Notes: a model not told the origin generated them from the sequence alone. Positions 46,160 through 57,465 are shown, counted from the first letter of the stretch. The stretch: DNA of 64,000 nt from Rhodoferax sp. (GCA_031392945.1 JANMVT010000195.1:33672-97671); one strand, 5' to 3'. Numbers and translations: made by a program.

Positions 46160-46989
46160 TTTGGTTTCGATGATGGCTCCCCAGTGATTTCCTTGCCCTT
46201 GCCGTCACCGCCGGTTTCGCTGTTGCGCTGGCCGCGCACGCCTTCAAAAAACTGGCGCACGGCCGGGTTTTCCATTTGCGACAGCTCGGCCATCGTGCCG
46301 ATACCCTGCGCCCTGCCGTCAGCCAGCACGGCAACGCGGTCAGCGACTTGCCACAGCAGGTCCAGGTCGTGGGTGACCATGACGATGGTCAGGCCGAACA
46401 GTTCGCGCAGCTTGAGCACCAGTTCATCCACGCCGGCGGCGCTGTGCGGGTCCAGGCCGGCTGTTGGCTCGTCAAGAAACAGCAGCTCGGGGTCAAGCGC
46501 CAGCGCGCGCGCCAGCGAGGCGCGTTTCATCATGCCGCCGCTGAGTTCGGACGGGTATTGCGCGCCGACCTCGGGTTTCAGGCCGGTCATGGCCAGCTTC
46601 CAGGCGGCGATTTCATCAATCAGGCCGTCCGGCAAGGTGGTGTGTTCGCGCAGGGGCAAGCCGATGTTTTCAAGCACGGTCAAAGAGCCAAACAGGCCGC
46701 CGTGCTGGAACATCACGCCCCAGCGGCGGCGCAGCGCCAAAGCGTCCTCGTCAGTCAGGCGGCCCAAGTCTTCGCCGAGCACCCGGATCGAGCCCGCGCT
46801 GGGGCGATGCAGCAGGATCATCTCGCGCAGCAGGGTCGATTTGCCCGAACCGCTGCCGCCAATCACCGCGAAAACCTCGGCCCGGCGCACGTCCAGATCC
46901 AGGCCTTCATGCACCACGTGCGCGCCAAACCGGGTGGAGACGTCGCAGACTTCGATCACCAGCTCGCCAGCGGAATCTTGATTTGGCAT
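46156..46989 (-). CDS. ABC transporter ATP-binding protein (MlaF-like)
   Basis: ATG at 46989, 1 nt after the permease stop. Walker A GGSGSGKST, signature LSGGMMKRASLARAL, Walker B LLFLDEPTAGLD. Confidence 0.9.
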   Translation of the reverse strand: MPNQDSAGELVIEVCDVSTRFGAHVVHEGLDLDVRRAEVFAVIGGSGSGKSTLLREMILLHRPSAGSIRVLGEDLGRLTDEDALALRRRWGVMFQHGGLFGSLTVLENIGLPLREHTTLPDGLIDEIAAWKLAMTGLKPEVGAQYPSELSGGMMKRASLARALALDPELLFLDEPTAGLDPHSAAGVDELVLKLRELFGLTIVMVTHDLDLLWQVADRVAVLADGRAQGIGTMAELSQMENPAVRQFFEGVRGQRNSETGGDGKGKEITGEPSSKPK

Positions 46990-46990
46990 G

Positions 46991-48127
46991 TCAGAGGTCC
47001 AGCGCGCTGAAGGCAATGGAGAACAGGGCGTCGGCGACGATGACCAGGAAGATCGACTGCACCACGCTGCGGGTGGTCTGGCGTCCCACGCTGTCCGCCC
47101 CGCCCTTGGTCTGAAAACCCTGGAAGCAGCCGACCACGGCGATGATGGCCGCGAACACCGGGGCCTTGAGCACGCCGATCAAATAGGCCGTGGTGCTGAC
47201 CGCCTTGACGAAGCGGTCCAGAAACTCGTTGAAAGTCACGCCCAGCTGCACGCGCGCCATCAGCATGCCGCCGAACACGCCCAGCACGTCGGCGAACACG
47301 GTCAACAGCGGCAACACAATCACCAGGGCCATGATTTTCGGCAGCACCAGCAATTCGATCGGCTCGATGCCGATGGTGCGCATGGCGTCGATCTCCTCGG
47401 TCACGGCCATGGTGCCGATCTGCGCCGCGTAGGCCGAGCCGGAGCGCCCGGCCAGGATGATGGCCGTGATCAGGGGCGCGAATTCGCGCAGCATCGACAA
47501 GCCCACCAGGTCGGCGACGAAAATGTTCGCGCCGTATTGACGCAGCTGGTCTGCGCCCTGGTAGGCGACCACGACGCCGAGCAGGAATGACAACAGCCCG
47601 ACGATGGGCAAAGCGTCAAACCCGGCGCTGCGGATGTTGAACAGGATGGGCCGCCAGCGCAGGCGTGACGGATGGGCGACGCCCGCCGCAACGGCAAGCG
47701 CGCTTTCACCGACGAAGGCCAGCAGGCCCACGACCTGTTGCATGGCGTCTGATGCGCTCTTGCCGACACGCTCGAACAGGCCGGGCGCGGTCGCAGGCAC
47801 GCCAGCGCCGGTGCCGGCCTGGCCGTCGATCTGTTGCGCCACAACATCCAGCAGGCGGGCATTTTCCGGCCGCAATCCGTGCCAGGTCAGGACGACGCCT
47901 TCGCCACGCAAGCGAAGCAAGAGTTTTTGCAAGGCCCAGGCGCCCGCCGTGTCGAGCGCGTCGATGCGTGCGCCGTCGGCGTGGACTGCCGTCTTTGCGG
48001 GGATGCGCAATGCCTCCAGCCGGGGCGCCACGGCGCTGATGGCGCGCGCCGTCCAACTCCCCGACAGGGCAATGTCTTGCGGGGTCGGCTGGGCGATCTC
48101 GGCGGGCGTCACGGGTGCAGGCTTCAT
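46991..48127 (-). CDS. MlaE-like ABC permease with an N-terminal STAS/MlaB-like extension
   Basis: In-frame ATG at 48127 (378 aa). The first 110 aa or so (IALSGSWTARAISAVAPRLEAL...IDALDTAGAWALQKLLLRLRGEG) look STAS-like. The rest is a multi-TM MlaE core. Confidence 0.8.
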   Translation of the reverse strand: MKPAPVTPAEIAQPTPQDIALSGSWTARAISAVAPRLEALRIPAKTAVHADGARIDALDTAGAWALQKLLLRLRGEGVVLTWHGLRPENARLLDVVAQQIDGQAGTGAGVPATAPGLFERVGKSASDAMQQVVGLLAFVGESALAVAAGVAHPSRLRWRPILFNIRSAGFDALPIVGLLSFLLGVVVAYQGADQLRQYGANIFVADLVGLSMLREFAPLITAIILAGRSGSAYAAQIGTMAVTEEIDAMRTIGIEPIELLVLPKIMALVIVLPLLTVFADVLGVFGGMLMARVQLGVTFNEFLDRFVKAVSTTAYLIGVLKAPVFAAIIAVVGCFQGFQTKGGADSVGRQTTRSVVQSIFLVIVADALFSIAFSALDL

Positions 48128-48249
48128 GGATGGCCTTGAGGCTAGGTGAAATGCGCCCGCTCGTATGTGCGCCGCCGAACAGAACCGGCCTTCGAATGCG
48201 GGCAAGCTTCGCCACAGCATCCCATGCTTTTTTAAACGGAGAAGTTCAC

Positions 48250-48864
48250 ATGAAAACCAGATTTGGATCATTCGCGCTGGGCGCCAGCCTGGCCGGCGCA
48301 ATGGCACTGCTTGCGGCCGGTTGCAACAAGGCCCCAGACCCTGTGCCGGCGGCGGCTGCTGCGTCGCCAGTTCCCTCAACGCCCGCAGTGCCCCCCAAGA
48401 CTTCGGTCGGCACCGAGATCGACGACACCGTGGTCACCGCCAGCGTCAAGTCGGCCCTGTTGGCCGACGCCGACATCAAGAGTTTCGACTTCAGGGTCGA
48501 AACCCGCAAAGGCGAGGTGATGCTGAGCGGCTTTGTGGACAGCCAGAGCCAGCTTGACCGCGCGGACTCGCTCACCAAGGCGGTGGCGGGCGTCAAAAGC
48601 ATTCAAAACAATGTGGCTCTGAAAACCAGCGACACCACAGTGGGCAACAAAGTCGATGACGGCATCGTGACGGCCAAGGTCAAGGCAGCTCTGATCGGCG
48701 ACGAAAAGATCAAGAGCACCGACATCACTGTCGTCACGCGCAAGGGCGAGGTTCAGCTCAGCGGTTTTGTCAACAGCCAAAGCCAGATCGACCGCGCACT
48801 GCTGGTGGCCAAGGGCATTGAGGGCGTGAGCAGCGTCAGCAACGAGATGAGCATCAAAAAATGA
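48250..48864 (+). CDS. double BON-domain lipoprotein (OsmY-like)
   Basis: In-frame ATG at 48250. Lipobox LLAAGC. Two BON repeats (VETRKGEVMLSGFVDSQSQ...; VVTRKGEVQLSGFVNSQSQ...). Confidence 0.85.
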   Translation: MKTRFGSFALGASLAGAMALLAAGCNKAPDPVPAAAAASPVPSTPAVPPKTSVGTEIDDTVVTASVKSALLADADIKSFDFRVETRKGEVMLSGFVDSQSQLDRADSLTKAVAGVKSIQNNVALKTSDTTVGNKVDDGIVTAKVKAALIGDEKIKSTDITVVTRKGEVQLSGFVNSQSQIDRALLVAKGIEGVSSVSNEMSIKK

Positions 48865-49003
48865 GGCCCGGAGTCGCGTTGTGCGATTGGGGCGCGCTGG
48901 CTGTGTCACAAATATGGCGATAAATGTGGCAATTTAGATTTCACGCCCTGCCAAGTGTCCTCGAGTATGATTCAATCCTATCAATTCCAAAGGGATGCCC
49001 GTC

Positions 49004-49282
49004 ATGCGCACAACCCGGCAATTCAGCATCACTTTGCCCACGGAAATGGCGGGCCTCGTCAAATCTAAGGTCACCTCAGGAGATTACGCCACCGAAAGCG
49101 AAGTGATCCGGGACGGCTTGCGCGTCCTGATGGCCCGTGACCGCGCCATGGCGCATTGGCTTCAGACCCAAGTCGGCCCGGCCCATGACGCGCTTAAAGC
49201 TGACCCATCCCGGGCGATCCCCATTGCCCAGTTGCGCAAACGCCTCGCCGCCGCTCGTCGCGCAGCCACTTCAAAAGCCTGA
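49004..49282 (+). CDS. parD: ParD-family (ribbon-helix-helix) antitoxin
   Basis: MRTTRQFSITLPTEMAGLVKSKVTSGDYATESEVIRDGLRVLMARD. The start is the ATG at 49004 (AGGGA 9 nt upstream) or the ATG at 48995. Confidence 0.8.
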   Translation: MRTTRQFSITLPTEMAGLVKSKVTSGDYATESEVIRDGLRVLMARDRAMAHWLQTQVGPAHDALKADPSRAIPIAQLRKRLAAARRAATSKA

Positions 49283-49615
49283 TGCCGGGTCCGGGCCTAT
49301 CCTGTCGTCTTCACGCCGGAGGCGCTGGAACAGCTTGCGGCGTTGTACGCTTACATCGCACAAGCCGCCTCACCCCTGGTTGCCCAGCGTTACACCGATG
49401 CAATCGTCACCTATTGCGAGACCTTGCAGACCTTTCCGCTCAGAGGCGCTCGCCGCGATGACATTCGCCCAGGACTGCGCATCACAAACTATAAGGGCCG
49501 GGCGGTGATTGCCTTTGACGTGAGCGGTGAACGAATCAGCGTCATCGGTGTTTTTTGCGGCGGCCAGGACTATGAGACAGCCCTGAACCCACCCGACTCA
49601 GACATCAGCCAATAA
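49282..49615 (+). pseudogene. parE: ParE-family toxin with an apparent 1-nt frameshift just after its start codon
   Basis: The ParE-like frame reads (C)RVRAYPVVFTPEALEQLAALYAYIAQ...GRAVIAFDVSGERISVIGVFCGGQDYE and has no ATG/GTG/TTG before the TTG at 49343. The ATG at 49282 (overlapping the parD stop) is in the +1 frame. Deleting one base in CCGGGTCCGGG restores MPGRAYPVVFTPEA. Confidence 0.55.
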
Positions 49616-49628
49616 AAGCATGAATAAA

Positions 49629-49705
49629 TGGTGGGCCGTGTAGGACTTGAACCTACGACCAAAGGATTATGAGTCCTCTGCTCTAACCAACTGAGCTAAC
49701 GGCCC
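49629..49705 (-). tRNA. elongator tRNA with CAT anticodon, probably tRNA-Ile2 (lysidine) rather than tRNA-Met
   Basis: Cloverleaf folded by hand: GGGCCGT/ACGGCCC acceptor, CTCATAA anticodon loop, TTCAAGT T-loop, A73, CCA encoded. G1-C72 excludes an initiator. C4-G69/C5-G68, the TGGTC variable loop and the T-loop match E. coli ileX as I remember it better than metT. Confidence 0.9.
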
Positions 49706-49732
49706 ACGCCAGCGCAGATTGTACGGGGCCGT

Positions 49733-50737
49733 CTACTTGTGATGGCTAAGAGCGTTGCTCACCAGCTTGGAGGTGATGTCCACGATCTGGATCATGCGGT
49801 CATAAGGCATGCGCGTGGGGCCGATCACGCCCAGGGTGCCGACGATCTGGCCGTCCACCTCGTACGGCGCGCTGACGATGGACAGGTCTTCAAACGGCAC
49901 GACCTGGCTCTCGCCGCCGATGAAGATGCGCACGCCTTCGGCCTGGCCGGCGATGTCGAGCAGGCGCATGAGCTGGGCCTTTTGCTCGAACAGGTCGAAC
50001 GCACGGCGCAGATGGCCCATGTCACCGGAAAAATCTGTGACGGCCAGCAGGTTGCGTTCGCCCGAGATGACCACTTCGTCCTGCGTCTCGTTGATGGCTT
50101 CGGCGCTGACGTGCACCGCTGCCTGCATGAGGCTGGCGATTTCGGAGCGCAGGCTTTCAACCTCGTTTTGCAGGCGCGCGCGCACTTCTTCGAGCGCCAG
50201 CCCGACGTAATTGATGTTGAGGTAGTTGGCGGCCTCGACCAGGTTGGCCTGCGAATAATCGGCTTCGGTGAAGATCACGCGGTTTTGCACATCCCCCTCG
50301 GGCGAGACGATGATGACCAGCAGGCGGCGCTCGGACAGTCGCAAAAATTCAATGTGCCGGAACACCGAGGCACGGCGCGGCGCAATCACCACGCCGACAA
50401 ACTGCGACAGGCTGGACAGCAGGTTGGCCGCATTGGAGATCACTTTTTGCGGCTGATCCGGCGCCAGGCTTTGTTTTGCGATCTGGCCCCGGTGGGCAGT
50501 GAGCATGGTGTCGACGAACAGGCGGTAGCCGCGCGCGGTGGGGATGCGCCCGGCCGAGGTGTGCGGGCTGACGATCAGGCCGAGCTCCTCCAGATCGCTC
50601 ATGACGTTGCGGATGGTGGCTGGCGAGAGTTCGATGCCGGTCGCGCGCGACAGGGTGCGCGAGCCCACGGGCTGGCCGTCGGCGATATACCGCTCGACCA
50701 GGGCTTTCATCAACAACTTGGCGCGATCATCCAGCAT
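49733..50737 (-). CDS. hrcA: heat-inducible transcription repressor HrcA
   Basis: 334 aa. [31 protein letters not shown]...[14 protein letters not shown] is the canonical HrcA N-terminus. Confidence 0.95.
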   Translation of the reverse strand: MLDDRAKLLMKALVERYIADGQPVGSRTLSRATGIELSPATIRNVMSDLEELGLIVSPHTSAGRIPTARGYRLFVDTMLTAHRGQIAKQSLAPDQPQKVISNAANLLSSLSQFVGVVIAPRRASVFRHIEFLRLSERRLLVIIVSPEGDVQNRVIFTEADYSQANLVEAANYLNINYVGLALEEVRARLQNEVESLRSEIASLMQAAVHVSAEAINETQDEVVISGERNLLAVTDFSGDMGHLRRAFDLFEQKAQLMRLLDIAGQAEGVRIFIGGESQVVPFEDLSIVSAPYEVDGQIVGTLGVIGPTRMPYDRMIQIVDITSKLVSNALSHHK

Positions 50738-50765
50738 CGCTTCATTTTAGTGATGTAATTTGCAA

Positions 50766-51662
<897 letters not shown>

Positions 51663-51819
51663 GCGCGACGCAGAACCGCTTCAAGCAAGCGAACGCCCCC
51701 TTGGGGCTGAGGGCTGCGGCTCCGGGCATGCCTGCGCAGGCCCGGACAGCCCGAAGAGACTACGGCTCTGCCGTTGGCGCGTCCGGCGAGGACACGAAGT
51801 GCCGAGCGTGGGGGCAATC

Positions 51820-53493
51820 ATGAGCCTCAGGCGGATTGTCCTTCGGGATTTTGTGATCGTCGGCGAGCTCGATCTCGATCTGTCCGGCGGCTTCACGGTG
51901 TTGACAGGGGAAACGGGCGCGGGCAAATCGATCTTGATCGACGCCCTGCAACTGGTCACGGGCGCGCGCGCGGACGCGGGCGTCATACGTGAAGGCGCGG
52001 GCCGCACCGATGTCAGCGCCGAGTTCGATACAACCGCCGTGCTGGACGCCTGGCTGGAAGACGCCGGGTTTAACGTGGCCGGGGCGGCCGGGGCAGACGC
52101 GGGCGACGGCCTGCTGCTACGCCGCACGGTGGATCTCTCGGGCAAGAGCCGGGCCTGGATCAATGGCAGCCCCGCCACCGCCACCCAATTGCGCGGGCTG
52201 GGCGAGCAGTTGCTTGACATCCATGGCCAGCACGCCTGGCAAAGCCTGACCCGGCCGGACGCCGTGCGCAGCCTGCTCGACGCGTATGCCAAGGTCAACA
52301 CCACCGCCCTGGGCGCGCTTTGGCAACAATGGCGCCAAGCGCAAACAGCATTGGGCGACGCGCTTGCGGCGCAAGATTCGCTGCAACGCGAACGCGAGCG
52401 CCTGGCCTGGCAGATTGGCGAGGTGGACAAACTCGCGCCCAAACCCGGCGAGTGGGACGGGCTCAACCTGGAGCACAGCCGTTTGTCCAACGCGCAGGCC
52501 TTGCTGGACGGTGCGCAAGGTGCCTTGCAGGCGCTCGACGACGAAGAGGCCAGCGCCTTGCGCGGCATCAACAGCGCACTGGCAATGCTGCAACTTCAGG
52601 AGCATATTGAGCCTTATTTCAAAGGGTTAAGCGAGGTTTTAAGCTCCACTGTGGCGCAAATCGAAGACACCGCCCACGCGCTGCGGATGTACCTGCGCAA
52701 GACCGATCTGGATCCACAGCGCCTGGGCGAGCTCGACGGGCGCCTGGCGTTGTGGATGTCGCTGGCACGGCGTTACAAACGCGCGCCGGCCGATCTGGCG
52801 GAGCTGCTGCAAAACTGGCGCGACGAGCTCACCCGGCTGGAAGCCGGTTCGGACCTGCAGGCGCTTGAGGCCGCGCAGGCGAAAACACAGGCCGCTTACA
52901 TGGCCGAGGCCGGGGCGGTTTCCAAAGCCCGCGCCAAGGCCGCGCCGCTGCTGGCCAAATCCGTCACGCAAGCGATGCAAGGCTTGGGGATGCAGGGCGG
53001 CGTGTTTGAAGTGGCGCTGCAAAAATCCGCCCAGCCGATGCAAAGCGGGCTGGAAGACGTGGCTTTCTTTGTGGCAGGCCATGCCGGCAGCACGCCCAGG
53101 CCGGTCAACAAAGTGGCGTCGGGCGGCGAGTTGTCGCGCATGGCGCTGGCCATCGCGGTCACCACCAGCCAGTTGGGCACGGCGCAAACCCTGATTTTTG
53201 ACGAGGTGGACGCCGGCGTCGGCGGCGCGGTGGCTGAAACCGTGGGGCGCCTGATGAAGCAGCTTGGCATGGACCGCCAGGTGCTGGCGGTCACCCATTT
53301 GCCCCAGGTCGCCGCTTGCGCAGACCACCATCTGGTGGTGTCCAAGGCCTTGCAGGATGGCGCAACCTTGAGCCAGGTCGCCGGCGCGCTGGGAGAACAG
53401 CGTGTGGCCGAAATCGCCCGCATGCTGGGCGGCGCCCGCCTGCTGGGCGCCACGCTGGCCCACGCCAAGGAAATGCTGGCGTCAAGAAACTAA
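51820..53493 (+). CDS. recN: DNA repair protein RecN
   Basis: In-frame ATG at 51820. [44 protein letters not shown]-terminal [13 protein letters not shown] and [12 protein letters not shown]. Confidence 0.95.
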   Translation: MSLRRIVLRDFVIVGELDLDLSGGFTVLTGETGAGKSILIDALQLVTGARADAGVIREGAGRTDVSAEFDTTAVLDAWLEDAGFNVAGAAGADAGDGLLLRRTVDLSGKSRAWINGSPATATQLRGLGEQLLDIHGQHAWQSLTRPDAVRSLLDAYAKVNTTALGALWQQWRQAQTALGDALAAQDSLQRERERLAWQIGEVDKLAPKPGEWDGLNLEHSRLSNAQALLDGAQGALQALDDEEASALRGINSALAMLQLQEHIEPYFKGLSEVLSSTVAQIEDTAHALRMYLRKTDLDPQRLGELDGRLALWMSLARRYKRAPADLAELLQNWRDELTRLEAGSDLQALEAAQAKTQAAYMAEAGAVSKARAKAAPLLAKSVTQAMQGLGMQGGVFEVALQKSAQPMQSGLEDVAFFVAGHAGSTPRPVNKVASGGELSRMALAIAVTTSQLGTAQTLIFDEVDAGVGGAVAETVGRLMKQLGMDRQVLAVTHLPQVAACADHHLVVSKALQDGATLSQVAGALGEQRVAEIARMLGGARLLGATLAHAKEMLASRN

Positions 53494-53503
53494 AGCCGTG
53501 GCA

Positions 53504-54436
53504 ATGGAATCCAACGCGCCCATCATGGAAATCGTATTGATCACCGGCATGTCCGGCTCCGGCAAATCCGTGGCCCTGCACGCACTGGAAGACGCCGGCT
53601 ACTACTGCGTGGACAACCTGCCGCCGGAGTTGCTGGTGCAGTTTGTTCTGCTGGAGCAGGAGCAACACGCCAGCCGCCTGGCCATCGCCATGGACGTGCG
53701 CAGCGCCACCTCCCTGCCGATCGTGCCCGAGCAGCTCAAGGCGCTGCGGAAAAAAGGCATCGTGGTCAAGCCCCTGTTTCTCGATGCGACGACGGGCACC
53801 CTGGTGCGCCGTTATTCCGAGTCCAGGCGCAAACACCCTTTGTCGCAGAACGAAACCCGGCCCGCCGCCACGGACGGGCGGCGTGCCCTGGTCGACGCCA
53901 TCGAGCTTGAGCGCGAACTCCTGGCCGACCTGCGCGAGCAGGCGCATGTGATCGACACCAGCATCATCCGGCCTTCGCAATTGCAGGGTTATGTCAAATC
54001 GCTGATCTCGGCGCCGCCCGGGCAGTTGACCCTGGCCTTTGAGTCATTCGCCTACAAACGCGGCGTGCCCACGGACGCCGACTTCGTGTTCGATGTGCGC
54101 ATGTTGCCCAACCCGCACTATGACCCCGATTTGCGCGCCCTGACGGGCCGGGACGACGCAGTGGCGGACTACTTGCAGCAACAACCCGAAGTGGGCGAAA
54201 TGCTGCGCCAGATCGACGCGTTTTTGTCCTATTGGCTCGATGCCCTGGCGCGCGACCACCGCAGTTATGTCACGGTGGCCATCGGCTGCACCGGCGGCCA
54301 GCACCGCTCGGTTTACATCGTTGAACAACTGGCCGAAAGTTTCGCCGGCAAATGGGCCACGCTCAAGCGCCACCGCGAGCTTGACGCCCTGCCCGGCCGT
54401 TTCGCCCCCACCTCAACCGGCTGGCTGCCCACCTGA
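53504..54436 (+). CDS. rapZ: RNase adapter protein RapZ (YhbJ)
   Basis: ATG at 53504 (alternative 53525). [29 protein letters not shown]-terminal [11 protein letters not shown]. Confidence 0.9.
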   Translation: MESNAPIMEIVLITGMSGSGKSVALHALEDAGYYCVDNLPPELLVQFVLLEQEQHASRLAIAMDVRSATSLPIVPEQLKALRKKGIVVKPLFLDATTGTLVRRYSESRRKHPLSQNETRPAATDGRRALVDAIELERELLADLREQAHVIDTSIIRPSQLQGYVKSLISAPPGQLTLAFESFAYKRGVPTDADFVFDVRMLPNPHYDPDLRALTGRDDAVADYLQQQPEVGEMLRQIDAFLSYWLDALARDHRSYVTVAIGCTGGQHRSVYIVEQLAESFAGKWATLKRHRELDALPGRFAPTSTGWLPT

Positions 54437-55471
54437 GAGCAGTTTTCTGACTGGCGCAGGCAGGCCCAGCAGCGGCCATTGCCGGGCCGAAAACCATTGG
54501 CCGTCGAGCTTGGCCAACGCCGCCGCCCCGGGCTGCAAACATACCGCGTGCAAATGCAGGTCTTTGTGGGTCAATACATGTTTGATGGCTGCCTGGTCCT
54601 GCAAGGCGGCCCGAAGCCGGGGCGGCACCGCCTGATCCAGCGCCTCGCGGCTGTCAAACAAGGCGAAACAGTACAGGCCGGCCCAGACGCCCGGCGTTGG
54701 CCGCCGGCTCAGCAGAACTGACCCGTCTTTGGTTTGCGCCCACAACAGCCAAAGGGATTGCGCGCTGCGTTTGAGCTTGCGGGATTTGACCGGGTATTTT
54801 TCGGGCTCATTGCGCAGTCTGCCCACACACAGGCCGACCAGCGGGCATTGGCCGCAAAGCGGCTTTTTGGCCAGGCATACGGTAGCGCCCAAATCCATCA
54901 TGCCCTGGGTGTAGGGCTGCATGGTTTTGCCCAGGTCGCGCCGGGGCAGAAGCGCCGCAGCCTCGGCCCAAAGTTCGCGCTCATTGGCCGCAGCGGCGAG
55001 GTCGGCATCAAAACCGAGAACCCGTGTCAACACGCGTTTGACATTGCCATCCAATATGGCAACCCGTTCGCTGAAACACAAGGCGGCGATCGCCCCCGCC
55101 GTGGACCGGCCTATGCCGGGCAAGGTCTGCAAGGCCTGGGCATTGTCCGGGAATATGCCGCCATGCGCGCCCGCCACCTGCCTGGCGCAGGCGTGCAGAT
55201 TGCGCGCCCGGCTGTAATAACCCAGACCGCTCCACAGGCCCAGCACGTCGTCCAGGCTGGCTGCGGCCAGGCTGCGGACATCCGGAAAGCGGCGCAGAAA
55301 ACGCGCAAAATAATCCAGCACGGTGACCACCTGCGTCTGTTGCAGCATGATCTCGGACAACCAGACGCGGTAAGGGTCACGGGTGTTTTGCCAGGGCAGG
55401 TCGTGCCGGCCATGTTCGGCCTGCCAGCGCACGACGCGCGCCGCCAAATCAGGCTTGGCCGCCGCCCTCAC
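54413..55471 (-). CDS. mutY: A/G-specific adenine DNA glycosylase MutY
   Basis: 352 aa. [24 protein letters not shown], Hh[15 protein letters not shown], Fe-S Cys cluster [20 protein letters not shown]-like C-terminal domain. Confidence 0.95.
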   Translation of the reverse strand: MRAAAKPDLAARVVRWQAEHGRHDLPWQNTRDPYRVWLSEIMLQQTQVVTVLDYFARFLRRFPDVRSLAAASLDDVLGLWSGLGYYSRARNLHACARQVAGAHGGIFPDNAQALQTLPGIGRSTAGAIAALCFSERVAILDGNVKRVLTRVLGFDADLAAAANERELWAEAAALLPRRDLGKTMQPYTQGMMDLGATVCLAKKPLCGQCPLVGLCVGRLRNEPEKYPVKSRKLKRSAQSLWLLWAQTKDGSVLLSRRPTPGVWAGLYCFALFDSREALDQAVPPRLRAALQDQAAIKHVLTHKDLHLHAVCLQPGAAALAKLDGQWFSARQWPLLGLPAPVRKLLSGGQPAG

Positions 55472-57465
55472 GCTCTTTTGAGCGCCACCGCCTTGGCATT
55501 GGTCTTGGCCTCGGCTTTTTGGCTTTTTTTGGCGGGAGCCGGCGCCTCGTTGGAGTCGATCAGGTAAGTTGTCAATTCCACCAGTTTGAGGTCGAGCAAG
55601 TCCAGCCCGGCCTCCTGGGCCTGGATTTCGCTGATCCGGTCGTTCAGGCCGCCGGTGGCCTGCTGGATTCTGTCGATGGCTTCGATGCGCCGCGTGAAGG
55701 TGCGGCGGCGCTCGCGCAACTGCGCGTCAAGTTGCGAAGCGGCGGATTTGCTCCACATTTCCACGTCGCCCAAAGCGGTTTCGTGGATGGCGCGCAAGCG
55801 TGTCGCCAGGGCCCGCACCAGGCGGTCGGCGAACTCGGTTTGCGCCAGCCTGAAAGCGTTGCCGATGCCCAGGTACTGTAGATGGCTTTGCTCAACCAGA
55901 TCCAGCCCCTGCAAGTACGGCGCCATGGGCGGCTCGGCGGGCACCTGGAGCGAAAAGCCGTGCTCGGCGTTGAGCTGGCGGAAGGACGCGCCCAGCATCG
56001 ACTGGATTTCAGCCATCAGCGCCTGCACCTGTTTCAAGTTGGCGCGCAGGCGGCCGAAGGTCTCGCCATAGGCCTTTTTAACGCCCAGTTTGAGCCCTTT
56101 TTGCTGCAGGGCGTCAGTCAGCTGGTTCATCTCTTTCTTCAAGGCCTGCGGGCCCAGAATCGCGAACACGTCACGCAGCAGCTTGAGGTGCACCGACCGC
56201 ACGGCATGGATTCTGGCGCCGCCCAGGTCGAATTCAGTCTGCTCCTGCGAAATGCGCAGGCGCATGTGCTTGATGACGGTGGCGTTCTTGCCCTGCAAGC
56301 CGGTAAGCTCGATCGACTGTTCGGCCAGATCGCGCCGGCGGATGTTGATGACGCGCCCGGTCTCCGCTCGAAGGTCGGTGATGGTGTTGGCCACCGCTGC
56401 ACCCAGGATTTTGTGGCGCTGGTCCATGATGCTCGTGCCGAGGGCCGCTTCAAGCGCAGGCAGGCAACTCCTGGCCAGCAGTTCGGGGTCGTTGGTGACC
56501 TTGCCGACCAGGCCTTTGTGCGCAGACACCGGGATCACCTGCGCCACCGGAATGCCGAGAATCTCGGCCGTGTTCGCGCATTGCCGGTCGATCTGCGCCT
56601 GCATTTGCTCAGGCGTGCTCAGCGCGTCCCACAGGGTGTCGATTTTATTGAGTACCACCAGGCGGGCGTTGGCTTGGCTGGGCTCGGTGATCAGATGCTC
56701 ACGCCAGATCGAGAGATCGGACTTGGTGACGCCGGTGTCGGCGCCCAGGATGAAAATCACCGCCTGCGCCTGGGGGATCAGGCTGACGGTCAACTCCGGC
56801 TCGGCGCCGATCGCGTTGAGCCCCGGCGTGTCGAGGATGACCAGGCCCTGTTTGAGCAGCGGGTGCGCGATATTGATCAGGGCGTGGCGCCATTTGGGAA
56901 TCTCCACCATGCCTTTGGCGTCGACTATCGGGTTGTCCTGGGGCGACTGGCTGTGCCAAAACCCCAATGCCCTGGCCTCGTCCGGCGTCACCCGGCGCGT
57001 CTCGGCGACTTTTTCAAGGGCCAGCGCCAACTGTTTGGGGTCGTTCACATCCAGGTCGATGCGCGTCCATTTTTCTGGCACCTGGCGCCATTCCATCAGG
57101 GCCTGCGGCTTCAGGCGGGTCTCGATGGGCAGCAGGCGCAAACACGGCGGCACGTCGGCGTCATAACCCATTTCGGTCGGGCACATGGTGGTACGCCCGG
57201 CGCTGGCGGGCATGATGCGCCGGCCGTAACCGGCAAAGAAGATGGCATTGATCATCTCCGACTTGCCGCGCGAAAACTCGGCCACAAAGGCCACCATCAC
57301 CTTGTCGGAGCGCACCTGGATTTCAAGCCGCTTGAGCCGCTCTTCGACCGCCGCGTCAAGCAACTCGTGATCTTTCATCCACTCGGCCAGCAATTTCAGG
57401 CGCAGGGCGAACTCACGCCGCCAGGCGCCGTGCTGATCAAACTGTTCGTTAAATGATGTAGTCAA
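55468..57465 (-). CDS. dynamin-family GTPase (bacterial dynamin-like protein)
   Basis: 665 aa. G1 AEFSRGKSEMINAI, G3 ILDTPGLNAIG, G4 VLNKID, then a long helical stalk and a Lys/Ala-rich tail. Its stop overlaps the mutY start by 4 nt. Confidence 0.85.
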   Translation of the reverse strand: MTTSFNEQFDQHGAWRREFALRLKLLAEWMKDHELLDAAVEERLKRLEIQVRSDKVMVAFVAEFSRGKSEMINAIFFAGYGRRIMPASAGRTTMCPTEMGYDADVPPCLRLLPIETRLKPQALMEWRQVPEKWTRIDLDVNDPKQLALALEKVAETRRVTPDEARALGFWHSQSPQDNPIVDAKGMVEIPKWRHALINIAHPLLKQGLVILDTPGLNAIGAEPELTVSLIPQAQAVIFILGADTGVTKSDLSIWREHLITEPSQANARLVVLNKIDTLWDALSTPEQMQAQIDRQCANTAEILGIPVAQVIPVSAHKGLVGKVTNDPELLARSCLPALEAALGTSIMDQRHKILGAAVANTITDLRAETGRVINIRRRDLAEQSIELTGLQGKNATVIKHMRLRISQEQTEFDLGGARIHAVRSVHLKLLRDVFAILGPQALKKEMNQLTDALQQKGLKLGVKKAYGETFGRLRANLKQVQALMAEIQSMLGASFRQLNAEHGFSLQVPAEPPMAPYLQGLDLVEQSHLQYLGIGNAFRLAQTEFADRLVRALATRLRAIHETALGDVEMWSKSAASQLDAQLRERRRTFTRRIEAIDRIQQATGGLNDRISEIQAQEAGLDLLDLKLVELTTYLIDSNEAPAPAKKSQKAEAKTNAKAVALKRA

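Noticed and set aside
42710-46981. Long antisense ORFs 42710..44242 (-, 510 aa) and 45221..46981 (+, 586 aa)
   Set aside because: They lie opposite asmA and the Mla-like operon, which both have clear family motifs. Their translations are low-complexity.
50738-50765. CIRCE operator in the 28-nt hrcA/nadK divergent spacer
   Set aside because: The sequence TCATTTTAGTGATGTAATTTGCAA does not match TTAGCACTC-N9-GAGTGCTAA. CIRCE is expected upstream of groES/dnaK instead.
51663-51819. Possible SOS (LexA) box or REP element in the 157-nt nadK-recN spacer
   Set aside because: No CTGT-N8-ACAG-type site was found by eye. Only an imperfect GC-rich hairpin is present (51712-51750, GGCTG..CCGGGC...GCCCGG.CAGCC). 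That is insufficient to call a regulatory site or repeat family from one copy.
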